Positions 8,434-17,197 are shown, counted from the first letter of the stretch. The stretch: DNA of 31,144 nucleotides from an uncultured Methanosarcinales archaeon (GCA_964647565.1 CAZYIM010000019.1:1-31144), one strand, 5' to 3'. Program-made: numbers and translations. Notes: generated by a model from the sequence alone, not told the origin.

Positions 8434-8516
8434 AAAATAGCAACATGGCCGGGCGAGGCAGAGCCGAGTAGGACTTTGCTTGCAAAGTCCGTCCGTGCCC
8501 TTATTGGTGCTATTTT
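8434..8516 (+). ncRNA. structured three-way-junction element, short copy 1
   Basis: AAAATAGCAACAT-GGCCGGGC-GA-[GGC AGA GCC]-GAGTA-[GGACTTTGC TT GCAAAGTCC]-GTCCGTGCC-CTTATTGGTGCTATTTT. Confidence 0.7.
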
Positions 8517-8542
8517 ATAAAAGGTATTTGTAACTCAGCTTA

Positions 8543-11500
8543 TCAATCATATATCGTTATTCCAGTACTTGCACTCCTTCCATTTATCTCGGGGGCATAC
8601 ATACAGTGGGCTTGAGCAGGCATTGCAACGTAAAGTCCTGGGAACTCAGCCCTTAGCTGGTATGTTATGTTTCGCTGGCCTTTGTTGAGCCTTGTGTAAA
8701 ACGTATCGACCTTCTCATCCCTTATTTCCTTGTTGCTATAGCCCCAATGCCTGTAATAGCTGTAGAAATCATTGATCTTGTCCTGGACAACCTCAGTTCC
8801 TGCAGGTATATAATCCTCTATGATGATATACTCATAGTCAGCATCCGAGTCTATAGTCAAGGTAACATTGAACTCATCACCAGCCTTTATGTTGTATTTA
8901 CTGTACTGCCTGGTAACTGTTATACCATTGCTGTCAGCGTTTATGTTCCGGCTCTTGACAAAATACTCAAGTTGTTTTGAGTAATATAACATTCCGCTGC
9001 CTTCCTTTTCTACCCTGATGACACTATAAGGTCTTGGATGTAGCTCTACTTTTCCATCATAGGTCATTACATTGTCCTTGGTAATCCGGTCCTCTTTTAT
9101 GAGCAGACCATCCTGATATATCCTAAAAGTATAGTCTGGATTCAGCTCACCAGAGACCATCATGTAATCTGTCAGTGCAAAGATTGCCTGGGCAGTATCC
9201 TTGGTAGAGTACCAGTGGTTACCTCGTCTGGTCCGTACAAGATAATTGACTGCCTTGGGTATCTTATTGGATTCAGGTTTTATCTTGATCAAAGCCCTCA
9301 TCACATAAGAAGTCGCCTCGACATTGTTGTATCTCCAGTGATATCTGCCACCTTCCCAGTTGCACTCTCGAGTATTACAATTAGCTGAATTTTCAAGTAG
9401 CTCAACAATCTCTGCAGCTTTTTGAGTGTCTCCAGAACGATGATATGCAAGAGCTAAAAGAGCTTTTCCATAGTCAGACATCTTATCCCTCTGTTTATAG
9501 ATCTTCTCTGGCTCTGCCATGCCATGCAAAGAAAGCACATAGTGGATGTATGCCCTGGTGTTGGGATCATCAACTCTCTTATCATGGTCTTTCAACCAGT
9601 CAAGACCCCTATTGATCCTCCAGTCATCAACCTCGAAGCGGCTGTTCTGGGCTTCTGTCAATCCGTAGACAACATATGCAGTCATGAAAGCATTGCCGTC
9701 TCCATATTTCCACCAGCCCCAGCTGCCATCGCCATTCTGCATGTCATATAGTCTTTCAAGACCTGCAACTATCATAGGCAAAAGCTCCTCTTTTAAGTCA
9801 TCACGCTCAAGGCCGAGGGTTTCAATAGCTCGCAATACAATGATGTCTGGTAAGAACCTGCTCATGGTCTGCTCAACACAGCCATGTGGGTAGCCGATCA
9901 GATATGGAAGCGAATCCAGTGCAAGTGACGCTATTGATGGCGACAGATAGAGATTGAATTCTGTGGCATCTGTAACCAACTCCCCATCCTGTATATTGAT
10001 GATAAGCTCTGTCAATGTGTCCACATTGCCTGCGTCATAATCATACTCCTTGACTCCGCTAGGCACAATAGGAATGGTCATCTCAACAGCATCAGATTCT
10101 TCATCTGTCAAACTGTACAATGTGGCTTTGGTTTCACAGCAGCCCATGACCTGGACCTTGAAATCAACTCGCTTGTCCTGGCCTGCCTGTACTGTAATGA
10201 TCTTGCTATTGGTCTGCTTAGCATCTAGAATATCATCAATCTCAAGATCAACCTTTACCTCTTTGTCATGAGGCAGGTAGTTGTGTACTACTGCAGATAT
10301 GGTCGCTTCATCTCCCTGCGTAAATGTCCTTGATGTCTCAAACCTGACAAGGACATTCTTTCTTGTGATGATTTTATTGATGATCTGACCGGAAAGCATA
10401 TCTGGTGTGTAGGCCTTTATGGTTGATCTCCAGGTTGTTAATGTATCAGGCAGTTCCACATCTAATGTGGCCATTCCATCTGAATCTGTTATCATGTCTG
10501 GTTTCCAGACAACAACATCAGGGAAGAACTTCCTGACTACTGGCTTGACATACTCCTCTGCCTGACCCCCGCTTCTCGGAGCTCCGCCCGCACCATCAGC
10601 CATCTCAGCCATAGGTGCGCTTTCTATTTCCTCTGCTATAGAATTAAAGCTACTTTTCTGCATTACCATGTCATCAGCATACATTCCGCCGGACATTCGC
10701 ATTGTGGACCTTGTTGCCAGTAGTAGGAAAGCAGCTACTAACAATAATATCAAAACACCAAGCACAACCCCCATAGTTATTGCCAGTTTCTTATGATAGG
10801 TCTTGGCAAGCATCACTATCAGGCCGATGAATACTGCCAGTATTAAAGGAACCCCTAGTATGAGGGGAATCAAGAATTCGGGTTCCCCAACAACAAAGGC
10901 CAATAAAATAGGCAGGAAAATCAACCAGAAACATGCTACTGGAATTCCTATTGCCCAGCCTGGATGTCCTGTCTTGGCGCAAAGCACAATTAACCAGATT
11001 ATGGCTGCGATTATTATCAAAGCTAAGACAACAAGCAGAGTGTAGGCCAACAATTCTCCAGGAGCATATTCTTTATGAGATTGGATATAAGGATTACGCC
11101 AGTATTGTCTTGATGAATACTTGGTATTGACATCATTACGCATGAAAGTATTTACCTTGGCAAAGATGTCGCCTGAGTTATCAGGAGCCAGGGCATATAT
11201 TGGTTCGTCAACCATGCCAAAGCTGAAGCTTGCCTTAACAGGATTATCCTGATGATCCACCATCTTAATGGTGAAATGAGCGGTATCTCCTGCACCATAA
11301 GTCTCCTGGTCTGGAGTTACTGTGATATTGATTATCTTGTCTTTTGGAAGAACTATCATCTGCTGGGTTGCCCGAAGAATAGTATTATTTATCAGGAAGC
11401 TTACAGAAATATAGACATTAGGCTCATATTCAGACTTGATTGGCACCTGTACTGTCTTGGTGTAGGTGTCAAGAAAGACCGGAAAGACATCATAAACAGC

Positions 11501-13369
11501 GTCTCCTTCAACTGTAAGGATCCCATACGCATCCTTAATAGGAGATTCAATGACTATGTTGGCAATGTCGCCAGCATCATATGCCTGTTTGTCAGGCTCC
11601 AGATTAAGATTTCTATAGAAGTTATTGTTCACATCATAGACTCTTAAACGAAACTCAGTTGTGGCTGTATTACCCTTCTCATCCTTGCCTGATATTGTGA
11701 TTACATATCTGCCGTATTCCGGCGGATTGAAGTTAAAGGCTCCCTTGCCATCAACTGTTGCAGCAGTGCCCTCGACAATGGTGTCTCTCTTTTCCTTGAA
11801 AGACCAACCAGTGTAATAGGTTCGCTCAACCTTAACATCAAGATTAGCACTGACAGGAACATCATAGTAGTCCTTGGTCTCAAGATTTATCAATACATTC
11901 TCATTGATACCATAGTAGTATTTATCTGAACTGGCTCGAATATAATACAAAGCAGGGATTACTGTAATAGCTGCTGTATTGGAGACCTCTTTTCTAGCCA
12001 GGTCTGTAACCTTGGCTTCGACATAGTATTTCATAAGATAATCATTAGTTTCTGTCTTGAATCTGATGACTGCCTTTCCGTTTTCATCAGTTGTGGCCCG
12101 ACCTTCAGATATCATATCCCCAACGCCACCGTAATAAGGAACATAGTCATTATAAGGTGCATATAGGCAGCGGAAGTATCCTCCCCAACAGGGGCGTCGG
12201 TAGTAGCTCTTGAAAACCTGGTATTCTATGTTAGCGTTCTTGACAGGCTCGCCAAAGTAGTATTTGGATTCAAGATCCACTTCAACCTCCTGGCCTCCCA
12301 GGTAGACACTGTCCTCAGTATTCATGTTAACTTCATACTCAGGTTTTCGATATTCCTCAACCTTGAAACTATGGTAAAATCTCCTTCTTTCACCCAGTTG
12401 GAACTCTATCCTATAATTGCCCAGGTCTGGCTCTTCTTCAAGTGTGAACTTGTCAAAAATAGCACCATATTCATCTGTTAATAGGCTATTCTCGTAAACC
12501 TTGTCATTCTTGCTGTCGTAGACAACAAAATCAACATAATTGCCCTGCACCAAGTCCTTCTGCCGTTCATTGGTCCAGAAGATGGCCTTGAAATAGACAG
12601 TCTGGTTGGGCCTGTAGATTGGCCTGTCTGTATAGAAATAGGATTCATAAGCATCCCACCTGTCATCATCACGATAACTGTTACTAAAGTCCATAAAGGT
12701 TGATTCCCCTCTATAGTTAACAAGCATAAGAGAATAATCTGTTGCAGTAACAATACTGGCAATACCAAACTGATCTGTCTTAGTGCCCTTGATAAGATCT
12801 ATTTTGTTATAAAGCAAAACCTCTGCACCTTCAAGAGGCATGCCTGTTTTCTTATTAATAGCGAAGACTGTAATACCATTCTCAGAATGCTTGGCAACAA
12901 GGGAAATATCAGATACATGGAAGATATCCCTGTCGCTAAGAGTATTATATGTACCTTCAACTGCATATAGACCTTTGTCAAGAGTCAATGTCTTTAAACT
13001 ATTAAGCACATAATAGGTGTATTTTTCTTTTTCATAGCGATATTTCTTGGCCTTCTCATCATACCAGCTGGATATGGTACGCTCACCCTCTTTTTGCTTG
13101 CCAGTGAATGTCCATGATTGCACAGGAGTGATTGATCTACGGTAATCCTCACGTTCAAAATAATATTTCGCAAAGCTTTCGCTAGGTATACGGTACAAAT
13201 TCATATTTGCATGGGGCGTATCTCCATTAATGTTTAGAGTTATCTGGCCATTAGTATTCTCATTGGCATAGACATTGATGCGGTAAGACTTTTCATAGCT
13301 GCTCACAAAAAAAACCAGCAGCAGAAACACAAATATCAGAATTATTGGAAAAAGAGTTTTTTTATTCAT
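8543..13369 (-). CDS. alpha-2-macroglobulin family thioester protein with an internal multi-TM insert
   Basis: YTDRPIYRPNQTV (MG2), VEEYRKPEY, VRKFFPDVVVW, LPDTLTTW, thioester motif YPHGCVEQT, QNGDGSWGWW, WYSTKDT and MYAPEING. N-terminal signal peptide. A GGTGA SD favours ATG 13369 (track start 13378). Confidence 0.95.
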   Translation of the reverse strand: MNKKTLFPIILIFVFLLLVFFVSSYEKSYRINVYANENTNGQITLNINGDTPHANMNLYRIPSESFAKYYFEREDYRRSITPVQSWTFTGKQKEGERTISSWYDEKAKKYRYEKEKYTYYVLNSLKTLTLDKGLYAVEGTYNTLSDRDIFHVSDISLVAKHSENGITVFAINKKTGMPLEGAEVLLYNKIDLIKGTKTDQFGIASIVTATDYSLMLVNYRGESTFMDFSNSYRDDDRWDAYESYFYTDRPIYRPNQTVYFKAIFWTNERQKDLVQGNYVDFVVYDSKNDKVYENSLLTDEYGAIFDKFTLEEEPDLGNYRIEFQLGERRRFYHSFKVEEYRKPEYEVNMNTEDSVYLGGQEVEVDLESKYYFGEPVKNANIEYQVFKSYYRRPCWGGYFRCLYAPYNDYVPYYGGVGDMISEGRATTDENGKAVIRFKTETNDYLMKYYVEAKVTDLARKEVSNTAAITVIPALYYIRASSDKYYYGINENVLINLETKDYYDVPVSANLDVKVERTYYTGWSFKEKRDTIVEGTAATVDGKGAFNFNPPEYGRYVITISGKDEKGNTATTEFRLRVYDVNNNFYRNLNLEPDKQAYDAGDIANIVIESPIKDAYGILTVEGDAVYDVFPVFLDTYTKTVQVPIKSEYEPNVYISVSFLINNTILRATQQMIVLPKDKIINITVTPDQETYGAGDTAHFTIKMVDHQDNPVKASFSFGMVDEPIYALAPDNSGDIFAKVNTFMRNDVNTKYSSRQYWRNPYIQSHKEYAPGELLAYTLLVVLALIIIAAIIWLIVLCAKTGHPGWAIGIPVACFWLIFLPILLAFVVGEPEFLIPLILGVPLILAVFIGLIVMLAKTYHKKLAITMGVVLGVLILLLVAAFLLLATRSTMRMSGGMYADDMVMQKSSFNSIAEEIESAPMAEMADGAGGAPRSGGQAEEYVKPVVRKFFPDVVVWKPDMITDSDGMATLDVELPDTLTTWRSTIKAYTPDMLSGQIINKIITRKNVLVRFETSRTFTQGDEATISAVVHNYLPHDKEVKVDLEIDDILDAKQTNSKIITVQAGQDKRVDFKVQVMGCCETKATLYSLTDEESDAVEMTIPIVPSGVKEYDYDAGNVDTLTELIINIQDGELVTDATEFNLYLSPSIASLALDSLPYLIGYPHGCVEQTMSRFLPDIIVLRAIETLGLERDDLKEELLPMIVAGLERLYDMQNGDGSWGWWKYGDGNAFMTAYVVYGLTEAQNSRFEVDDWRINRGLDWLKDHDKRVDDPNTRAYIHYVLSLHGMAEPEKIYKQRDKMSDYGKALLALAYHRSGDTQKAAEIVELLENSANCNTRECNWEGGRYHWRYNNVEATSYVMRALIKIKPESNKIPKAVNYLVRTRRGNHWYSTKDTAQAIFALTDYMMVSGELNPDYTFRIYQDGLLIKEDRITKDNVMTYDGKVELHPRPYSVIRVEKEGSGMLYYSKQLEYFVKSRNINADSNGITVTRQYSKYNIKAGDEFNVTLTIDSDADYEYIIIEDYIPAGTEVVQDKINDFYSYYRHWGYSNKEIRDEKVDTFYTRLNKGQRNITYQLRAEFPGLYVAMPAQAHCMYAPEINGRSASTGITIYD

Positions 13370-13444
13370 GGGCATCACCTTGATTTAGTTATTTATAAAA
13401 CTTGTTTAGAATTTGTAAGTGATGCTATTATAAATAGTCAGGAG

Positions 13445-13467
13445 TAAGGTTCAAGTGAGATTGAAGT
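13445..13467. promoter_or_regulatory. shared operator-like motif, copy B (upstream of the macroglobulin TATA-like box)
   Basis: TAAGGTTCAAGTGAGATTGAAGT contains a perfect TTCAA-N6-TTGAA palindrome. Confidence 0.65.
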
Positions 13468-13505
13468 TAAAAAAATTTAAAAAGGGAAAACAACTATAAT
13501 CTATC

Positions 13506-13859
13506 ATGGCTGAACTGGGAATAATAGAGTCATTTCATGCAATACATGGAAGCAAACCGCACGAACATGATTTCAAGGTAGAAGTTGTCCTTAAAGGATA
13601 TATTGACCAAACCACACACAGACTAGAGGGTATTGACCACCATGATCTGATTTCTGATATCAAAAAGATAATAGCAGGGCTGGAAAATCAGAATCTCAGA
13701 GAAATCTTAACAAAAGAGGACTACAACTCCTCGGGAAACGAAGCTATTGCCCTCTATTTCTTAAAAAAACTAATAAAAAAATTCCCAATAAAATACGTTC
13801 AGATTTGGGAGACCCAAAACAGGTATGCCCGTGTCTTTTCTGAAGATATTACCCAATGA
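13506..13859 (+). CDS. queD: 6-pyruvoyl-tetrahydropterin synthase/QueD-like T-fold protein
   Basis: Zn ligands in FHAIH...HEHDFKVEV, plus SGNEAIA and C-terminal WETQNRYA. No catalytic Cys is visible, so the exact activity is uncertain. Confidence 0.7.
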   Translation: MAELGIIESFHAIHGSKPHEHDFKVEVVLKGYIDQTTHRLEGIDHHDLISDIKKIIAGLENQNLREILTKEDYNSSGNEAIALYFLKKLIKKFPIKYVQIWETQNRYARVFSEDITQ

Positions 13860-14301
13860 CTGCAGCAATGTCTTCATCGAGATCTTCGATGTATCCTTCG
13901 CATTTGTTGTCAGTACATTTACAGGCAGTAATTTGTGGAAAACCACAGACTCCTGCAAGGCCACTGTCAGCGCATATTTGAGTGACTAATTCAGGGTTGA
14001 CTTCTGCATCCTGGTTCACACATTCTGGATAGTATCCACAACAGTTGTGCACATCCTTAATCTCACAATCCTCATCAGTCTCGCAGGAAAAATCAATTGT
14101 TTCCCTGTAGTCATCCAGCTTTGTGATCATATCATCATCTTTATCTGGCGTTTTAGGCGGAGTAGGTGGCTTGTTCGGGTTATCAGAACCATCATCATAG
14201 ATGATGTCAGGATTATCATCAGCAGGCCCTTCATTTGCTTTGCAAGACATCAACAACGCTGCTACTAACAGCAATAAAACTAGAATTATTATTCGTTTCA
14301 T
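13849..14301 (-). CDS. lipoprotein with acidic/Pro linker and a 10-Cys domain
   Basis: MKR plus hydrophobic stretch and LMSC lipobox, PPTPP linker, then CETDEDC..NCCGYYPECVN..C..VCGF..CKC...C. Confidence 0.8.
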   Translation of the reverse strand: MKRIIILVLLLLVAALLMSCKANEGPADDNPDIIYDDGSDNPNKPPTPPKTPDKDDDMITKLDDYRETIDFSCETDEDCEIKDVHNCCGYYPECVNQDAEVNPELVTQICADSGLAGVCGFPQITACKCTDNKCEGYIEDLDEDIAAVIG

Positions 14302-14356
14302 AAATAAAGAAAAGAAGAACTAATATTTAAATTTTTCAATAGTGTCAATGATGTAA

Positions 14357-14707
14357 CTATGAGGACAGCAATCTAATTGCTATACACAAAATCCCGTATT
14401 TTTTTTCATCCTCTGCAGAATAGATTTTGTGAAGTGATTCAGTAAATACCTGTTTATCATGATCTTCAGGATATCCAAAGGAACTCATAGGTAAGGCATT
14501 TAGCAATTCCTCAAACGTCGCAAATCTCTGAAGACCTATGACTTCTATCTGCAGGGTTTCATCCATATCAGGCAGCTTAGAAAAGATTATTTTATCACCA
14601 ATCTTAATTCTTTGTCTTTTTTTATCAAAAAGCCTTATTTCAATTTTTTTAAGTCCTGCCTTTATCCTATCGAAGGGCGATTCGTACAACCGCATATGAT
14701 GTTCCAT
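14357..14707 (-). CDS. ASCH/PUA-like domain protein
   Basis: HMRL...FDRIKAGLKKIEIRLFDKKRQRIKIGDKIIF, FATFEEL and YSAEDEKKYG. Start taken at ATG 14707. Confidence 0.88.
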   Translation of the reverse strand: MEHHMRLYESPFDRIKAGLKKIEIRLFDKKRQRIKIGDKIIFSKLPDMDETLQIEVIGLQRFATFEELLNALPMSSFGYPEDHDKQVFTESLHKIYSAEDEKKYGILCIAIRLLSS

Positions 14708-14770
14708 GAAAACAGAGAACAAGCAATCTATTATTAAAGATGTCGAAAAAAAGTTAATAAAAATATTGTT

Positions 14771-16039
14771 TCAAATCCGACCCTTGAACCTTTCTGCTTC
14801 CAATATCCTCTTTATAGCCACGATGTATGCTGCAGTCCTGAAATCAAAGCCAAGCTCTTCAACATAGTTGTAGATGATGTAAAATGAGCTTTTCATCACC
14901 ACCTCAAGCTTTTGAAGGATCTCTTTTTCAGGCCAGTAATAGCCTTGATTGTTCTGCACCCACTCAAAATAGCTTACAGTAACTCCACCTGCATTTGCAA
15001 GGATATCAGGGATGATGATCTTCTTCTTTTTGATCAGTTTCTTTTCAGCCTCATTGGTAATTGGACCATTTGCAAGTTCCAGGATTATTTCAGCCTTGAC
15101 TCTTCCTGCATTGTCAGGCGTTATAACATTCTCAAGAGCCGCAGGTATCAACACATCCACTTTGAGCTCTAAGAGCTTGGCATTTGTTATCTCTTTAGCA
15201 TTCTTAAAGCCTTCAACTGCCCTGGTCATCTGCTTGTGGTTGATCAAAGAAGTTAACTTGAGTCCGTTTTCATCCAGAACACCACTTCTTGAATCGCTGA
15301 CAGCTACAATCTTGTATCCCCATTTGTTCAGGATCTTTGCAACATTCATTCCCGCGTTTCCAAAACCCTGGATTGCGACTGTGGTCTCTTCGGGATTTCT
15401 CTTAAGTACTTTCATAAGTTCCCTAAGAACATATGCACCTCCCATTGCAGTTGAAAAGCCTCTTCCTTCGCTGCCACCTGTTGCTATTGGTTTGCCCGTA
15501 ATCATACCGGGTAAATGCTCTCCTTTGATCTTGTTGAACTCATCAAGCATCCAGGCCATGACTTGAGGATCAGTGTAGACATCAGGTGCAGGAATGTCTT
15601 TTGTAGGCCCGATAAATGGATGTATATGTTTGATGAATTCCCTGCTAACCCTTTCAAGATCCTGTTTGGACAGCTCTTTAGGATTAACTTCAACACCACC
15701 CTTGGCGCCACCATAGGGTATGTTTACTACTGCACATTTCAATGTCATCCAAAATGCTAGAGCCTGTACCTCGTTGAGATCAACAGCAGGATGGAAGCGT
15801 ATACCCCCTTTAGTGGGACCTCTAGCATCATTGTACTGAACCCTGTAGCCACTTAGCATCTTAACAGTGCCATCACTAAGCTTGACTGGAAAGTTCACCT
15901 GCAATATCCTGTTTGGCGCCATCAGCGTCTTTGCATCTTGATCTGAAATTTGGCATATATCACCACCTTTTTCATTGCATGTCTTAATCACTTCTTTTAA
16001 TCTGTTTAAAGAGTCCTTGAATGGATTTATTCTTGTCAT
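14771..16039 (-). CDS. gdhA: glutamate dehydrogenase (Glu/Leu/Phe/Val dehydrogenase family)
   Basis: GPTKGGIRFHP, GGAKGG, DIPAPDV, QGFGNAG, ELANGP and PDILANAGGVTVSYFEWVQN. Confidence 0.96.
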   Translation of the reverse strand: MTRINPFKDSLNRLKEVIKTCNEKGGDICQISDQDAKTLMAPNRILQVNFPVKLSDGTVKMLSGYRVQYNDARGPTKGGIRFHPAVDLNEVQALAFWMTLKCAVVNIPYGGAKGGVEVNPKELSKQDLERVSREFIKHIHPFIGPTKDIPAPDVYTDPQVMAWMLDEFNKIKGEHLPGMITGKPIATGGSEGRGFSTAMGGAYVLRELMKVLKRNPEETTVAIQGFGNAGMNVAKILNKWGYKIVAVSDSRSGVLDENGLKLTSLINHKQMTRAVEGFKNAKEITNAKLLELKVDVLIPAALENVITPDNAGRVKAEIILELANGPITNEAEKKLIKKKKIIIPDILANAGGVTVSYFEWVQNNQGYYWPEKEILQKLEVVMKSSFYIIYNYVEELGFDFRTAAYIVAIKRILEAERFKGRI

Positions 16040-16947
16040 TGTTGATCACCTTTTTTGATTTCATGGTATATGTCATAAGCAGCTGTTGCCCCATGAGCAG
16101 CAGCAGTGACAATCTGCTTGGGAATTGTGTAGATCACATCTCCTGCAGCATATATACCTTCAACATTAGTCTTTTGATGTATATCTGTGATGATATATCC
16201 TCCTTCGTCTGTCTCGATACCAAGACTTTCAATAAAGGCCTTATTTGGCACAGATCCAATCTGCACAAACAAGCCTTCAATCTCCAGTTCCCTGCCTGAT
16301 TCTAAGGTTGCCTTTTGCAGGAACTTATCTCCTGACAGCTCAACAACCTTGTCTTTGTAGATAACTTCTATCTTAGGATTGTTCTCCACTGCATGCACCC
16401 ATGCAACTTCGCCCCTGAGTTTTTCTTTTCTATAAATAATATAGACCTTCTTGGCATATTCTGTCAACAATAGAGCGGCTGTAGTCGCTGCATCGCTGCC
16501 TCCAACCACTGCAACATTCTTGTCCTTAAAAAATGCCGCGTCACAAGTAGCACAATAACTTACACCCTTACCAAAGAACTGGTCCTCAGTCGGGATGTTC
16601 ATCTTTCTTTTCTCTGTGCCAATAGCCAATATTACAAATCTGGCCAAAAAGTTCTTATCAGAATTGGTTTGGACATGAAACTTCCCGTCCTGTTTCTCAA
16701 CCTTCACAACTTCTTCATAAAGGATTGGAACGTCAAAGGACTTCACCTGATCTTCCATCTTACCCATTAGCTCCATTCCTGGAATCTCCTGATAGCTTGG
16801 GAAATTACAGATCTTATGGGCAGTTGCTGCAAGTCCGCCTGGTTCTCTTGAGATAACCAGTGTCTTCATCTTATACCTACCACTGTACAATGCTGCTGTA
16901 AGACCGCCAGGTCCCCCACCGATGATTATAATATCATATTCTTCCAT
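16036..16947 (-). CDS. trxB: thioredoxin-disulfide reductase
   Basis: GGGPGG FAD motif, GVSYCATCD, VVGGSD and YAAGDV. Stop overlaps the gdh start (ATGA). Probable ATG 16947. Confidence 0.95.
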   Translation of the reverse strand: MEEYDIIIIGGGPGGLTAALYSGRYKMKTLVISREPGGLAATAHKICNFPSYQEIPGMELMGKMEDQVKSFDVPILYEEVVKVEKQDGKFHVQTNSDKNFLARFVILAIGTEKRKMNIPTEDQFFGKGVSYCATCDAAFFKDKNVAVVGGSDAATTAALLLTEYAKKVYIIYRKEKLRGEVAWVHAVENNPKIEVIYKDKVVELSGDKFLQKATLESGRELEIEGLFVQIGSVPNKAFIESLGIETDEGGYIITDIHQKTNVEGIYAAGDVIYTIPKQIVTAAAHGATAAYDIYHEIKKGDQQ

Positions 16948-16995
16948 TTTAGCCCCCAAGAGAGTACAATAAGGTTACATATTAAATAGTTTACG

Positions 16996-17079
16996 AAAGT
17001 TAACAACAAGGCCGGGCGAGCCGAAGGGGAGTAGGACTTTCACAGAAAGTCCGTCCGTGCCCTCTTTGTTGTTAATTTT
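16996..17079 (+). ncRNA. structured three-way-junction element, short copy 2
   Basis: AAAGTTAACAACAA-GGCCGGGC-GA-[GCC GAA GGG]-GAGTA-[GGACTTTC ACA GAAAGTCC]-GTCCGTGCC-CTCTTTGTTGTTAATTTT. Confidence 0.7.
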
Positions 17080-17108
17080 CTTATTCTAATAACTCGGTAT
17101 CATAAAGA

Positions 17109-17169
17109 TTCAACTGTTCCTGACCTAGTTAATTCTTTCGAATTAGGAGGCTGTTCAGAGACAGTTGAA
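17109..17169 (-). other. long imperfect hairpin capped by a GAAA tetraloop, 3' of trxA
   Basis: Minus strand TTCAACTGTCTCTGA-ACAG-CCT-CC-TAATTC-GAAA-GAATTA-ACT-AGG-TCAGGAACAGTTGAA. Confidence 0.55.
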
Positions 17170-17197
17170 CCTATCCAGATGTCCAAATACTGGATCG

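Noticed and set aside
8447..8455. GGCCGGGCG identical to the 5' end of Alu/7SL RNA
   Set aside because: Only 9 nt match, the third copy differs (GGCCAGATG), and there is no SRP S-domain or suitable length.
7663..15760. Many antisense or overlapping short ORFs (e.g. 7663..8220, 11252..11647, 15012..15566)
   Set aside because: They overlap well-supported genes and show no motifs or ribosome-binding sites.
16996..17079. Integron attC reading of the TAAC...GTTA ends of the repeated element
   Set aside because: The region inside AAC/GTT is fully paired instead of an unpaired spacer, the 8434 copy lacks these ends, orientations are mixed, the flanking trx genes are not cassette-like, and no integrase is present. 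Not fully excluded without IntegronFinder.
17109..17169. SECIS element for trxA or trxB
   Set aside because: Neither gene has an in-frame TGA; the active sites are WCGPC and CATC.
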